DNA of 63,742 nt, filler included, from Octopus bimaculoides (taxonomy: Eukaryota), in assembly GCF_001194135.2 (NCBI RefSeq). It is 9 parts of 8 records of this genome, joined end to end, with 100 filler letters (N's around TTAATTAATTAA, not from the genome) between each part and the next. Parts side by side here need not be neighbours in the genome. Positions count along the whole stretch, not along the records: positions 37,540 to 43,028 come from NC_068984.1; positions 43,129 to 54,285 come from NC_068983.1; 7 more parts are not named here. The stretch is one strand, 5' to 3'. The position numbers and the translations under genes were made by a program. Below, in pieces: positions 38,445 to 52,311 of the stretch. Under the pieces are notes generated by a model. It saw only the letters and a program-made list of their open reading frames with translations, ran no database searches and was not told the origin of the DNA. Position 1 is the stretch's first letter. Each line of letters opens with the position of its first letter.

Positions 38445-39039
38445 AGTGTGCGTGTGCATGTGTTGTGTGTGTATGAATATGTNNNNNNNNNNNNNNNNNN
38501 NNNNNNNNNNNNNNNNNNNNNNNNNNNNNNNNNNNNNNNNNNNNNNNNNNNNNNNNNNNNNNNNNNNNNNNNNNNNNNNNNNNNNNNNNNNNNNNNNNNN
38601 NNNNNNNNNNNNNNNNNNNNNNNNNNNNNNNNNNNNNNNNNNNNNNNNNNNNNNNNNNNNNNNNNNNNNNNNNNNNNNNNNNNNNNNNNNNNNNNNNNNN
38701 NNNNNNNNNNNNNNNNNNNNNNNNNNNNNNNNNNNNNNNNNNNNNNNNNNNNNNNNNNNNNNNNNNNNNNNNNNNNNNNNNNNNNNNNNNNNNNNNNNNN
38801 NNNNNNNNNNNNNNNNNNNNNNNNNNNNNNNNNNNNNNNNNNNNNNNNNNNNNNNNNNNNNNNNNNNNNNNNNNNNNNNNNNNNNNNNNNNNNNNNNNNN
38901 NNNNNNNNNNNNNNNNNNNNNNNNNNNNNNNNNNNNNNNNNNNNNNNNNNNNNNNNNNNNNNNNNNNNNNNNNNNNNNNNNNNNNNNNNNNNNNNNNNNN
39001 NNNNNNNNNNNNNNNNNNCTCTATCTCTCTCTCTCTCTT

Positions 39040-39083
<44 letters not shown>

Positions 39084-39364
39084 TGTCTCACTCTCACTCT
39101 CTTCCGATTCCTGTTTTTTTTTCGATAGACATGCACTTCTCCCGTAACACCTGCCGATTTAGTAAACAGTTCGATCCACTTCCGCCGGAACATCGAGCAG
39201 TTTGGCCTGTTATTTGATCATCTACTCCTGACCACATTTACCAAATGCCTTTCTGTCACGTGACAGTTTATCATATCTCGTTTCTCAATTTCGTTTTCCT
39301 GTCTGCATCACGTCCCACTTATATTTTCATACACATTTGCCATTATTCATTGATAGATAGATAA

Positions 39365-39407
<43 letters not shown>

Positions 39408-39483
39408 TCGATGATTAAGTATATACACATGACTATATATGTATATTTATCCATAAATACAATAGATAGACAGACAGGCACAA

Positions 39484-39546
<63 letters not shown>

Positions 39547-40651
39547 TGATTATANNNNNNNNNNNNNNNNNNNNNNNNNNNNNNNNNNNNNNNNNNNNNN
39601 NNNNNNNNNNNNNNNNNNNNNNNNNNNNNNNNNNNNNNNNNNNNNNNNNNNNNNNNNNNNNNNNNNNNNNNNNNNNNNNNNNNNNNNNNNNNNNNNNNNN
39701 NNNNNNNNNNNNNNNNNNNNNNNNNNNNNNNNNNNNNNNNNNNNNNNNNNNNNNNNNNNNNNNNNNNNNNNNNNNNNNNNNNNNNNNNNNNNNNNNNNNN
39801 NNNNNNNNNNNNNNNNNNNNNNNNNNNNNNNNNNNNNNNNNNNNNNNNNNNNNNNNNNNNNNNNNNNNNNNNNNNNNNNNNNNNNNNNNNNNNNNNNNNN
39901 NNNNNNNNNNNNNNNNNNNNNNNNNNNNNNNNNNNNNNNNNNNNNNNNNNNNNNNNNNNNNNNNNNNNNNNNNNNNNNNNNNNNNNNNNNNNNNNNNNNN
40001 NNNNNNNNNNNNNNNNNNNNNNNNNNNNNNNNNNNNNNNNNNNNNNNNNNNNNNNNNNNNNNNNNNNNNNNNNNNNNNNNNNNNNNNNNNNNNNNNNNNN
40101 NNNNNNNNNNNNNNNNNNNNNNNNNNNNNNNNNNNNNNNNNNNNNNNNNNNNNNNNNNNNNNNNNNNNNNNNNNNNNNNNNNNNNNNNNNNNNNNNNNNN
40201 NNNNNNNNNNNNNNNNNNNNNNNNNNNNNNNNNNNNNNNNNNNNNNNNNNNNNNNNNNNNNNNNNNNNNNNNNNNNNNNNNNNNNNNNNNNNNNNNNNNN
40301 NNNNNNNNNNNNNNNNNNNNNNNNNNNNNNNNNNNNNNNNNNNNNNNNNNNNNNNNNNNNNNNNNNNNNNNNNNNNNNNNNNNNNNNNNNNNNNNNNNNN
40401 NNNNNNNNNNNNGGTGTGTACTCAGTACTCTTAGAGTGGAATAACAATTATTCAAAGACGAGTACACGTGAGTCACTCCTCAGTGGTTATCATTTCCGTT
40501 GGCTGCCTGAGGAACGGAAAATAAACCACAGGCTCAGGTATGAATATATGCGTGTATGCATACATACATACACACATACATACATACATACATACATACA
40601 TACATACATACATACATACATACATACATGCATACATACATACATACATAT

Positions 40652-40682
<31 letters not shown>

Positions 40683-41186
40683 CATACATGCATGCATGTA
40701 TCCATACATACATATACATACATACATGCATACATACATATGTTATACGATTGTCTCATCATGTTTTTATTTTAGAGGGAAATCACAAAATAGCCTTCAC
40801 ATGAAAATGAAAGAAAGAAAAAGAACTTTGCGAAAGTAGTCTAAACGTTTTATTAATTTCATTATACAGAATTGAAGTGACACTGTCACTTCGAAGTTAG
40901 GCTGATATGAACTCGTCCGACAAACTCGTCGTTAACAAACTGGATGTAAAATACATATATAAGAATAAGACCAAAGGGAAAAAAAAAAATATGGTATATT
41001 CAATATGATTAAGGCCAAGAGATAACTGAAACATTTTTCGAGCAACTCACATATTTAAAAAAGGTAATTTACTCCATTATCTCCAGTGGGTTCAGACATT
41101 TGACTGCGGCCATGCTGGGGTACCGCTTTTAGTCGAGCAAATCGACCCCAGGACTTGTGCGTGCGTATCAGTGTGTGTTGTGCGTT

Positions 41187-41254
<68 letters not shown>

Positions 41255-41874
41255 TGACGAAGTCCCTCAGCCTCTGCTTCTAAATCCTATTTGCAATGGT
41301 GTAGATCAACCAACGTGTTGGTCAGCCATAGCAAAAGACTCTTACCAAAACTAGTGCGCATTGAGATCAAACTCGGAATTGCATGACGGCCAAACGAACT
41401 TTATAAGTTTACAGCCGTAAAATGAGTGTAACCGTTTGTGGTTTATATGTTACTGTTATGAATAAAACATTTATTTATTAATTATTTCGCTAAATCTGCT
41501 TAAATGACACTTTCTAAATTTCTCTTAAAGTAAACGAGTTCACGAAAAGAATGGGGGTATTTTGAATAAACGCAAAGTAAACATCTTCATGTATAAATAC
41601 ACTTTGATATTGTTGGCGATGGGAGCCATTTTAGTTCCTGAAAAGCAATCTGTGTTCCTCACGTTAAATAAGATACACAGACTACTTATTTGATGAGTTT
41701 TGAAGATGATTGTACACAATAACGGTAGAATGAAGAATACAATATATAAATCGTGTGATGTAAGTGTATAACGGTTGTGTGTGTGTGAAGGTGAACTCTT
41801 CGTGTCTGTTCATGCATGAGCGTGTATATGAGTATTGAGTTATTCATCGTATTCTATGTATGTAATAGAACGAA

Positions 41875-41912
<38 letters not shown>

Positions 41913-42859
41913 AACCGAAATGCACGAAATGATTAGTAATATTTGCTTATGACAGCCAGTCAAAACTCAAAATGAATAGTGCGATGCTCAGTCAAACGCA
42001 TGCGCACACAAACACTAACATGCTTTTATACGTACTTTCACTTTCTCCTCCCCTTCGTTACTGTTTTCCCTTCTTCTNNNNNNNNNNNNNNNNNNNNNNN
42101 NNNNNNNNNNNNNNNNNNNNNNNNNNNNNNNNNNNNNNNNNNNNNNNNNNNNNNNNNNNNNNNNNNNNNNNNNNNNNNNNNNNNNNNNNNNNNNNNNNNN
42201 NNNNNNNNNNNNNNNNNNNNNNNNNNNNNNNNNNNNNNNNNNNNNNNNNNNNNNNNNNNNNNNNNNNNNNNNNNNNNNNNNNNNNNNNNNNNNNNNNNNN
42301 NNNNNNNNNNNNNNNNNNNNNNNNNNNNNNNNNNNNNNNNNNNNNNNNNNNNNNNNNNNNNNNNNNNNNNNNNNNNNNNNNNNNNNNNNNNNNNNNNNNN
42401 NNNNNNNNNNNNNNNNNNNNNNNNNNNNNNNNNNNNNNNNNNNNNNNNNNNNNNNNNNNNNNNNNNNNNNNNNNNNNNNNNNNNNNNNNNNNNNNNNNNC
42501 TCTCTTTCTCTCTCTCCTCTCTGCATTACTTTCATGATAGTCCTCATTCTTTCAATGTCATTCTTTCTCTCCCTGTTCTGCTCCCTTTCTATATTTTCCT
42601 ATCCTCAGCAGATCGTTTCTCTCCGTATTTCCTTATCTTACCCTATCTTTTTCTAACTCTCTTCCTCATTATTTCTCTCTCCTCTCACCTTCCCTCTACC
42701 TGTTTTCCTCTTTGTCTCTCTTTCTTTATTTCTTTCTTTCTTTCTCACTTTCTTTCTCTCTCACTCACTCATTCACTCTCTCTTTCTTTCTCTTTCTTTC
42801 TCTTGTTTCCGCGCCATTTACTGTCTAGAGTTCCTTAAATTTCTCCTTACCTTCATTCA

Positions 42860-42906
<47 letters not shown>

Positions 42907-43128
42907 GCGTGTGTGTGTATATAGACATAGATTGATATACACAAACACACGCATACACACACGCAAACTCGTATACCGAATGTATGATGTATGCGTATGT
43001 ATTTATGTATATATATATATATATATATNNNNNNNNNNNNNNNNNNNNNNNNNNNNNNNNNNNNNNNNNNNNTTAATTAATTAANNNNNNNNNNNNNNNN
43101 NNNNNNNNNNNNNNNNNNNNNNNNNNNN

Positions 43129-43855
43129 GGAGTGATAACCTCTTCGCTCCTTAAATCTCATGAACCATCCTTGACTAGCACAGGTCCTAGGGGGTCGAGA
43201 GTTTCCTCATCAATCATCTGGTGAGGAGAGAATTTCCCGCTCGTTTCAAGCAGGTGGATTTGGTTTCAAACGGGTGAGTAGTGTAGGAGTCTAGCTTGAC
43301 CCTGCCTGAGATTTGAAACCAAATCCACCCGCTTGCTGCTTGTCAAAACGAACGGGAAATCCTCTCCACACCAGATGATTGATGAGGAAACGCTCGACCC
43401 CCTAGGACCTGTGCTGGTCAAGAGAAAAGGTCAGTCCTTTGTTTAGGGCTTGACCTACATTACTGACCATAGTCTATATAACAGAGAATCTCCTATCTCT
43501 TCTTCTTTTGTGTCAGTCAGAGCAAGGAGCAACACGCTCTTTTGCGCCACCATGACCAAGAGCAGCACTTAACTCGGCCGCAAGAAAAACGATGCCACCT
43601 CTACCCTTTCTTCCTTTCTAGTCAGCTCCGTGCATTCCTTACTCTTTCACTCTCTACTGGCAGACAACCTTTTTCTACACTATCAACTACGAACCAGCAG
43701 GCCAACCCTGTTGTCACTATCACTAGAATTGCTACTGTCTCTTTAACTACCTATCGGGCAAACGAATAAACATATGTAAATAATATTTCTTCTTTTTTGG
43801 TGTTGATTCTTCGATGTTTACTGCCACTCCGACACGAGAACCTTGAAGCGTTACA
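43129..43855 (+). mobile_element. Solo-LTR-like element with a large internal hairpin (5' end in gap)
   Basis: TATA (ctatataac, ~43472), AATAAA (~43765) and terminal …GTTACA at 43855. Inverted repeat 43170-43270 / 43312-43422. Confidence 0.55.
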
Positions 43856-43929
43856 TCTACGCGCTACATTCAGTAGTGGGCTACACCATATCAACCTGAT
43901 ATCACATCTTCCATCCACCCGGCTACAAT

Positions 43930-44251
43930 CCGATCAACGGAACAACCTGCTCGTGAAATTAACGTGCAAGTGGCTGAGCACTCCACAGATACGTGTACCC
44001 TTAATGTAGTTCTCAGGGAGATTCAGCGTAACACAGAGTGTGACAAGGCTGGCCCTTTGAAATACAGGTACAACAGAAACAAGAAGAAAGAGGTAGAGAA
44101 AGTTGTGGTGAAAGAGTACAGCAGGGTTCGCCACCACTCCCTGCCTGAGCCTCGTGGGGCTTTTAGGTGTTTTCGCTCAATAAACACAACGCCCGCTCTG
44201 GGAATCGAAGCCGCGAGTCCACTGCCCTAACCACTGGGCCATTGCGCCTCC
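43930..44251 (-). mobile_element. tRNA-derived SINE, family B
   Basis: Near-identical to 16025-16323. Confidence 0.85.
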
Positions 44252-44426
44252 ACATAATCATTTGTAATACAGGTACAAAGCTACTAATTTAAGGTCAAAA
44301 AATAATCGACTGAATTGATTATAGTATTTGATTAGTGCATATTTTATTGGTTTTGTAAAAGTTGAAAGGAAGTGTCGACCTCGCTGTGTGAAGTCGATCT
44401 GTGACGTACAGTATGGTTTGTGCATA

Positions 44427-44584
44427 CACTCGCGTAGCTAGCGGTGGGGGTCGTAGGTGCGGTCCACCCGAACGGTCCTTTTAAAGGGGTGGCACTTTTG
44501 GGTCTGTTGTAGGCAATATGTGGGGTCCGGAGGCTGCAAATGGAAGGGCCGCTCCGGGCGGCACACACTCTAGCAACGGTAGTG
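44427..44584. mobile_element. 158-bp GC-rich hAT-type MITE
   Basis: 15-bp imperfect TIR CACTCGCGTAGCTAG / CTAGCAACGGTAGTG with 8-bp TSD tgtgcata / tgtacata. Confidence 0.7.
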
Positions 44585-44642
44585 TGTACATACATCAGTT
44601 TAAGTGACAATGTAGGAGCTTTCATCGATCGTCCATCTTCAC

Positions 44643-45275
44643 CAGCGGTTCTTAACCAGGGTCCATATGGCCCTTGGAGATCTATGTAAGATTTCATGTC
44701 AAAATTTATGTCATAATTTATGTGGTTATATTTCTTCAGTACACAAAATATTTTAAGTTTTTTAATACAAGTGGTAAGTAGCTTGCTTACCAACCACATG
44801 TTTCTGGGTTCAGTCCCACTGCGTGGCACCTTGGGCAAGTGTCTTCTACTATAGCCTCGGGCCGACCAAAGCCTTGTGAGTGGATTTGGTAGACGGAAAC
44901 TGAAAGAAGCCCGTCGTATATATGTATGTGTGTGTATGTTTGTGTGTTTGCGTGTGTGTGTTTGTGTCTGTGTTTGTGTTTGTCCCCCCCCCAACATCGC
45001 TTGACAACCGATGCTGGTGTGTTTGCGTCCCTGTAACTTAGCGGTTCGGCAAAAGAGACCGATAGAATAAGTACTAGGCTCGATTTGCTCGACTAAAGGT
45101 GATGCTCCAGCATGGTCACAGTCAAATGACTGAAACAAGTAAAAGAGTAAAAGTGTACAATTTCAAATATTATTCAATTATAAAAATATATGATTATTTT
45201 AAACATCGAATGGCTATGAGGGTCCAGTCGAGGAATGAAAAGGGTCTGTGGGTAAAAACTGGATGAGAAACACTG
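44643..45275. mobile_element. hAT-like MITE interrupted by a SINE-A (44771-45152, +)
   Basis: Termini CAGCGGTTCTTAACC … GGATGAGAAACACTG; TSD not clear. Near-full-length SINE-A inside. Confidence 0.55.
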
Positions 45276-46217
45276 ATCCAGAGTTATAACCGATTTCATC
45301 GATCGCAGTGCCTGGTTGGTCGTTATTTATCAACCCAGCAACTATGAAAGGCAATTTGACCTCGTTGTGATTTTAACTCAGAATGTAAAGTAACGCAAAT
45401 GTCATTCATTGGTGGTTATTCGTCCTTGAGAAATTCGGTTAAAGTAATGTCGTTGCCTTTGATATCAGTAATGTATTTGGACCGGTCTGGTCCGAAAAGC
45501 TCTTGACTAATTTAGAAGTCCCATAAATCTTGTGTATCTTGATTCAAGAAGTTTCTGTCGGAACGTACCACCATAGAGGGTGTTGATAAGACTTTCCCTG
45601 ATCCGTATTCTATTGTTTCACCTGAACTTGCTGTCTCTTATAGCAACACTCGTTCATTATCCTCCCTTGACCATTCGTACACAGACGTTATCCACATACA
45701 ACCTGAACACCACACACAAAACCTGGACTGTCTTAATGAACTAAAACCTCAGATAAGAGACGTAATAACTTAGTTATGTTATCAGTCCGAATGTGCTTGA
45801 TGCACGTTCGAACTGGGGAACAAGATACTCACTGCGTCTTGTTACAGAGAATATATGTCGCTTGCTGACAAATGGTGCGTAGACAACGAGGTCAGTTCGC
45901 TACGCCATCTACCTACATTGTGAAATGTTAACATTTCGGAGTAGTTATCTCCTCCTCGGTCACAGACACTAAGCAGACGACATTACGAGCTGAATTAGAA
46001 GATTACCTCTCTTAGGCTTTTCCAGTCACTGTGTGCTGACTGGCAGCGCTATAGGGCGGCTCACCGTAAGTAAATTATGAAGGGGTAACGCTAAGCAGTG
46101 AAAACGAAAATTGCAATGTTATTATCGGTCCGAGTATATTTGATGCACGTTCGAATTGGGGAACAAGCTGCTCACTGCGTTTTGTCGCAGAAAATATATT
46201 GACAAGTGGTGTGTATT

Positions 46218-46653
46218 TGTAATGAGTTTCACACTTGCTAGTTTACTTCATTACACAACTGAATCCCGAAACATCGTTACAAGTATTAGACTTGTGGGGG
46301 GAGGGGAAGAGAGAGAGATAAACAAGTGTATCGGGTGAGTTTAGGAGGAAGTAGTGGATAATCATCTAGCACTGAAGATCAGAGTTGGTTGTATTGGAGA
46401 GAGAATAAGAAAAGAGGCAGATGCGTTGAAGGCCTAGTTTAGAATGTGTAGTGGTTATTCTAACCGACCGGGTCTGAAAGATTGGGAAGCAGATATGTCC
46501 TTCACAGACCCTTCGAGACAAGAGAGATAGATGTGTTTACTGTACGTAGCAAAGAAGAAGGGATTCTGCGCGTATATAACATAGCTAAAACTCTGCTTGG
46601 GTACTGAACTTCTACGAGCCTAAATAAAACTATAAAACAATACGGCTGTTACA
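46218..46653 (+). mobile_element. Solo-LTR-like sequence
   Basis: TGTAAT…GTTACA termini, TATA (gtatataac, ~46572) and AATAAA (~46623). No clear TSD. Confidence 0.45.
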
Positions 46654-46839
46654 TCTGTGCTGCTCCACACACAGACATTCTAGGCGTATCCAAAAGAAAA
46701 CCACTCGATTGATTGGCAAAAAACTTATACTAACCAACAGAAACAAACCGGATCATACCTTAGAAAAATGCACTTGACTAATTGACAAACAATCACTTCC
46801 TATGTTGCCGACCAGTGAGATCTCGTTATAATGCAACTC

Positions 46840-46990
46840 AATAAAAGCAATGTTGTTGCCCAAGACTACAGTAATGGTTTTGACCGTATCTGTTATGTGA
46901 AACTCTTATCGAAACATACCACCTATGGAATCCATCCTTCCTTTTGTCTTTTGATAGCTTCCTACGAGACTCTCCTTTCCCCTCCTAAAT
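46840..46990 (+). mobile_element. LINE reverse transcriptase fragment (CR1/Jockey-type)
   Basis: VVAQDYSNGFDRICYVKLLSKHTTYGIHPSF resembles the RT motif VxLDxSKAFDRVxHxxLLxKLxxYGI. Confidence 0.6.
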
Positions 46991-49389
46991 TCAACTGCCT
47001 AATTTTACACTGTTTATAAAGCTGGAACAACCATGTGAGCATGAATGACTTTGGGGGCTAAGCCCTCTTCTGCAGGCACTTGCTAATACCACGATACCGA
47101 ATTTTGTCCATTTCCAAGAGAAGCCGCAATTAGTTACATTTGAACTCTTCTTTGAACAGTGAGATGTTAGTTTACCTGGAAAGAAACAATGCAGTTGTTA
47201 ATAAGAAGAGCTGAAATTAACAAATGCATGATTTCACAGCTGTGTTATCACTCTCTCATAGTCAGCCAATGAACTTTTCAACCCACCCTCGTATCATGTT
47301 GCACTATCGCTTCGAGTACTGACGGGGCTCTTTCTGGTCCTTCCCATCAAGATCTTTATAATGTGAATCCTCGTCCATTTGTATGCAACTGTCGGTACTG
47401 TAATATTCTTGTCGCCACCATTATGTTGCGCTAACGTGCTATCACTGATAGCTCCGCAAGACAATGAGTTTGAAACGTCTACCTTGACGGTAACTCGAAT
47501 TCGTATATCTCACGTAACTGACACTGATTCTAACTGAGAGCTACAACGACTCTACTACTACTGATTTGTACGACTGATTGTCTGACTTTATATTGGCAGG
47601 TTCATATTACTTTGTTACGCATCTTCACTACAACAAAAATACTTCAACATTTTACAATTATTGATACTTTACAAATCTCAAGATCCAAATGGAGTATCGC
47701 ACTTGCATTTGAGACAATGCAGTTGCTGCTCATTCAAACATCCGATACGGTATCCAGAGAGAGGCCACTGAACTGGTAGACATAAAATCGCTAACAAATT
47801 CACTCCAGTCTCTGCTCTACAAGCTTACTGTCTTCTCTCCCAATCTTTTCTATCGCTGCTGTAGTGGCCCCTATTCTTCGAAACTGACCGGTCTCGGACC
47901 GTCTCTACTCAGGCACCACTGGTATATTTGTATCACTACCTTTCAACACCAATGTTATATCCAGCTCGTAGACATTGTACCTACCACTATGCAACTCCTT
48001 CTGTCCAGAATGACATCGCTCTGAAATCCTCTCACTGTTCATATCTTTCCTACAACTATTTTAGAAGAACAGTAACCGTATCAAGCTCTCCTGAAGGTTT
48101 ATGAAGGCCAATGATGGGGGCTACCCCTTATTGTAAACGCAGTAAGTAACAAATAACCCCTCCACACTCCAAACTCATCTCCACAGACTTACTGTCTCTT
48201 TACTCAGTTTCTTCTCCTTCTAACACAAGCAAGTCTGATCCTCAGTTCCAGATACTTACCTGCTTCTTTTTCCAATGCCCACCTGACTCACACGCATACA
48301 ATATCCTCCTATCACCCACCCAGTAATCACCGTTCTAATCAATATATTTTTAACCACTCGCCTAGAACATCACCCGGGTGGAATTGCCTTCAAGCCCACG
48401 TTTGTCTTGTATCAATTGGACCAGATTAAGAACGTCAGTGAAGATAACTTTCACTCTTCGAACAATAAACAGAATTTTCTCAGGACTTGCTGTTTGAGGC
48501 CTTAAAAAAATCTAGATTAAGGCTCTATTAAGCCTCCTTTCCGTCGTCTTTCAGTCGCCACTTATAATAAATATCTATCAATACCGAACAATTTATCAAG
48601 GGTAGTAAGCTGGAGGAATCGTTAGATCGCCGGGCAAAATGCTTAGCGGCATTTCCGACTTTACCTTTCACCCTTTCGTGGTCGGTAGAACAAGTACCAG
48701 TAGGACACTGGAGGTCGAAGTAATCGACATAAATCTACCCTCACCCACGAAATTGCTGGCCTTGTGCCAAAATTTGATATCAATACTTATTGACTTATGA
48801 AACGCCGAGGAAGCCTCTACGCAGGCTTAGCTTCTAGAACTAGAAGCTAAATCACCCGCAATTCACAGTCTTGAAAGACAAAAGGGAGCACGTTCGATTA
48901 TGCAGGACTGTGATCATTGTACATAGAGAAAATGACAAATGGGCATGGCTGGAATCGATATTGACTCGAGACTGTAGTGGAACAACTGCAGCAGTAATTT
49001 TGAAATACAAGTTAGATGAAATGGTTTATAATCTAAGGGAAGTAACTCTCGTAGAAGTGTAAATCGATGGCTATCAACACTAGAAGTCGCCGTAAACATC
49101 AGAAGAGCTTTCTTTGAGTGTATTTTACGATATATTTTTATGTAGCTGCAACACTTTCCCCGTACGTAGAAGTAGTACATGAATATGGCGCCCGCTTGAG
49201 CCTTGTAGCGGACCGATAACTGGTTACAGTTGAAGTGTTTCCTGGTTCTAAACAGTCAAGACAGTCTTTGTCAATGATATATGTATTATTCTTTTACTCT
49301 TTCTTTTACTAGTTTCAGTTCGAGAGCTGCGGCCATGCTGGGGCACCGCCGTTTAGCCTTGCTACACTTTTACTACTTTAAACTGTCTC

Positions 49390-50030
49390 TGATATGCGGC
49401 GTTTGGTGAATGAGAGAGTTTGATGTCGCTTCCCTCGTCTGCGCTTCCTGCTGCGGGGGAGGTTCATCCGGAGCTCTTCACAAAAGGTGATCCTGTTTTG
49501 TTTTGATGACACTTACATCCACCCTATGTCGGTATTTCAGGCTCTTTGAGAAAATATTGTAGAGCTGTATGCTCTTGAAGCCAAGCTGTTGCAGTATCTA
49601 GTCCTGTATTCTGATGACAATGTTGGCAATGCAATGGCGCTTCGCTCTGTTGTTTGCGTAACTTTCAATACCAAAGTTTGGTACAAATCCTTCCAGGATT
49701 TTCCAAATGTGTATCATTGCAAATTTTTTACCCGCCTTCGTTCTAGGGAGTAGAGTCTTAGCTTTATCAGTCTCTTCTAGTAGCTAACATGTGGCACTGA
49801 AAAAATCTCCTTTGTGTAGTTTCGCTGGATTGCTTCGAGTTCCGCTGTTAATTTTACACTATGCAGTAACCATAGTTGATAGAAGTAGTCTAAATGGCAA
49901 AAGACAAATGTCCTCCAGAGGACCATCAAGCTTTCTCGTTCTCCCGTTCTGAAAGTTCCATGTGGCCAGGTGCCTGCATGTTATTGCCTACTCAGTAATA
50001 TGCACCTGGAAATATGACTCGTTGATTATG
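49390..50030 (-). mobile_element. CR1-like LINE 3' fragment (degraded ORF2 C-terminus)
   Basis: WRTFVFCHLDYFYQLW…LTAELEAIQRNYTKEI…LRLYSLERRR…HIWKILEGFVPNFGIESY…APDEPP. Confidence 0.85.
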
Positions 50031-50064
50031 TCAAGGCCTAGGGCGTTTCAGGGATCGCAATCCC

Positions 50065-50067
50065 TCT

Positions 50068-50141
<74 letters not shown>

Positions 50142-50182
50142 CAAACAGACAGACAGACAGACAGATAGATAACTAGATAGAT

Positions 50183-50213
<31 letters not shown>

Positions 50214-50214
50214 T

Positions 50215-50245
<31 letters not shown>

Positions 50246-50278
50246 TAGACAGGCAGACAGACAGACAGACAGACAGAC

Positions 50279-50325
<47 letters not shown>

Positions 50326-50400
50326 CGGACAGACAGACAGACAGACGCATAGACAGACAGGTAGGTAGGTAGGTAGGTAGGCAGGTAGGTAGATACATAC
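50065..50400. repeat. Compound tetranucleotide microsatellite (GATA)n/(GACA)n/(GGTA)n
   Basis: Directly visible; source of the SIYL/SVCL junk ORFs. Confidence 0.95.
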
Positions 50401-51164
50401 ACCCACACACACAAACGCATACATACACACACACAAACACATACATACATGTTTACGTCTTAAGCTAAAAATGAATTTCAAATATATATATATGCATATA
50501 TATCGACCAGACTACCGGATGTGGTTATGTATCGCTAGTCACAATGCGCTTCCTCTCGATGTTGTAGGTTTTGAATGATGCCACCCTGCTATATGTAAAG
50601 ACCAACGAGTGTTGTGAAGCCTTACGTTTGTGGAGGGTTTTAATTATGTTTTTTCGTGTACAAGGCTGATATGTTGTAAGAATGTTTTCCCTGAGTAACG
50701 ACTGTGGTTTTCAATTCTGTTCAAGGAGAGGGGTGGTCATGTTCTGATTCAAACTAATCTATTCACAGAGACAACGAATGTTACCAGAAATATCTAGGTT
50801 GCGGTCAAATGACGTTTGGTTTCATTTATTGACCTGAATGCCTCAAACGTTGAGAATACTAAGTATGGGAATTAGAAGAGAAATCTTAGCTCACAAAACA
50901 ACTGATTCGGCGTGGGTCACAGAATTGTTTGCCGAGAACATTCTGATCCAAAGATGAGAAATGTTCGAGCCGTTAGCTGGTTAAAATCGTTAGACGGTCT
51001 CATACCAGATTAAAGAGGTGTGTGTATATTATATATGTATATTATATATATATGTGTGTGCATGTGTGTGTACATATAGATGCAGATTCCCACACTTATA
51101 CATACATACATGTATTCCTTAATCTGACATGAGAACCTCCTAGCAGCATCGAGCACTATATATA

Positions 51165-51236
<72 letters not shown>

Positions 51237-52156
51237 NNNNNNNNNNNNNNNNNNNNNNNNNNNNNNNNNNNNNNNNNNNNNNNNNNNNNNNNNNNNNNNN
51301 NNNNNNNNNNNNNNNNNNNNNNNNNNNNNNNNNNNNNNNNNNNNNNNNNNNNNNNNNNNNNNNNNNNNNNNNNNNNNNNNNNNNNNNNNNNNNNNNNNNN
51401 NNNNNNNNNNNNNNNNNNNNNNNNNNNNNNNNNNNNNNNNNNNNNNNNNNNNNNNNNNNNNNNNNNNNNNNNNNNNNNNNNNNNNNNNNNNNNNNNNNNN
51501 NNNNNNNNNNNNNNNNNNNNNNNNNNNNNNNNNNNNNNNNNNNNNNNNNNNNNNNNNNNNNNNNNNNNNNNNNNNNNNNNNNNNNNNNNNNNNNNNNNNN
51601 NNNNNNNNNNNNNNNNNNNNNNNNNNNNNNNNNNNNNNNNNNNNNNNNNNNNNNNNNNNNNNNNNNNNNNNNNNNNNNNNNNNNNNNNNNNNNNNNNNNN
51701 NNNNNNNNNNNNNNNNNNNNNNNNNNNNNNNNNNNNNNNNNNNNNNNNNNNNNNNNNNNNNNNNNNNNNNNNNNNNNNNNNNNNNNNNNNNNNNNNNNNN
51801 NNNNNNNNNNNNNNNNNNNNNNNNNNNNNNNNNNNNNNNNNNNNNNNNNNNNNNNNNNNNNNNNNNNNNNNNNNNNNNNNNNNNNNNNNNNNNNNNNNNN
51901 NNNNNNNNNNNNNNNNNNNNNNNNNNNNNNNNNNNNNNNNNNNNNNNNNNNNNNNNNNNNNNNNNNNNNNNNNNNNNNNNNNNNNNNNNNNNNNNNNNNN
52001 NNNNNNNNNNNNNNNNNNNNNNNNNNNNNNNNNNNNNNNNNNNNNNNNNNNNNNNNNNNNNNNNNNNNNNNNNNNNNNNNNNNNNNNNNNNNNNNNNNNN
52101 NNNNNNNNNNNNNNNNNNNNNNNNNNNNNNNNNNNNNNNNNNNNNNNNNNNNNNNG

Positions 52157-52311
52157 GCTTCTTTCAGTTTCCGTCTACCAAATCCACTCACAAAGCTTTG
52201 GTCGGCCCGAGGCTATAATAGAAGACACTTTTCCAAGGTGCCACGCAGTGGGACTGAACCCGGAACCATGTGGTTGGTAAGCAAGCTACTTACCACAGCC
52301 ACTCCTGCGCC
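52157..52311 (-). mobile_element. SINE-A 5' half (rest in gap)
   Basis: Matches the head of the 20839-21189 copy. Confidence 0.85.

Noticed and set aside
43375-43400. TTGATGAGGAAAC resembling a hammerhead core
   Set aside because: No stem II between GAUGA and GAAA, and no UH cleavage site geometry.
45790-46215. ~90-bp direct repeat (45790-45880 and 46125-46215)
   Set aside because: Only two copies with no spacer regularity: a local duplication or TE subrepeat, not a CRISPR-like array.
47290-48420. Complex GC-richer stretch, possibly LTR plus LINE remnants
   Set aside because: No motif could be read with enough confidence to classify it.
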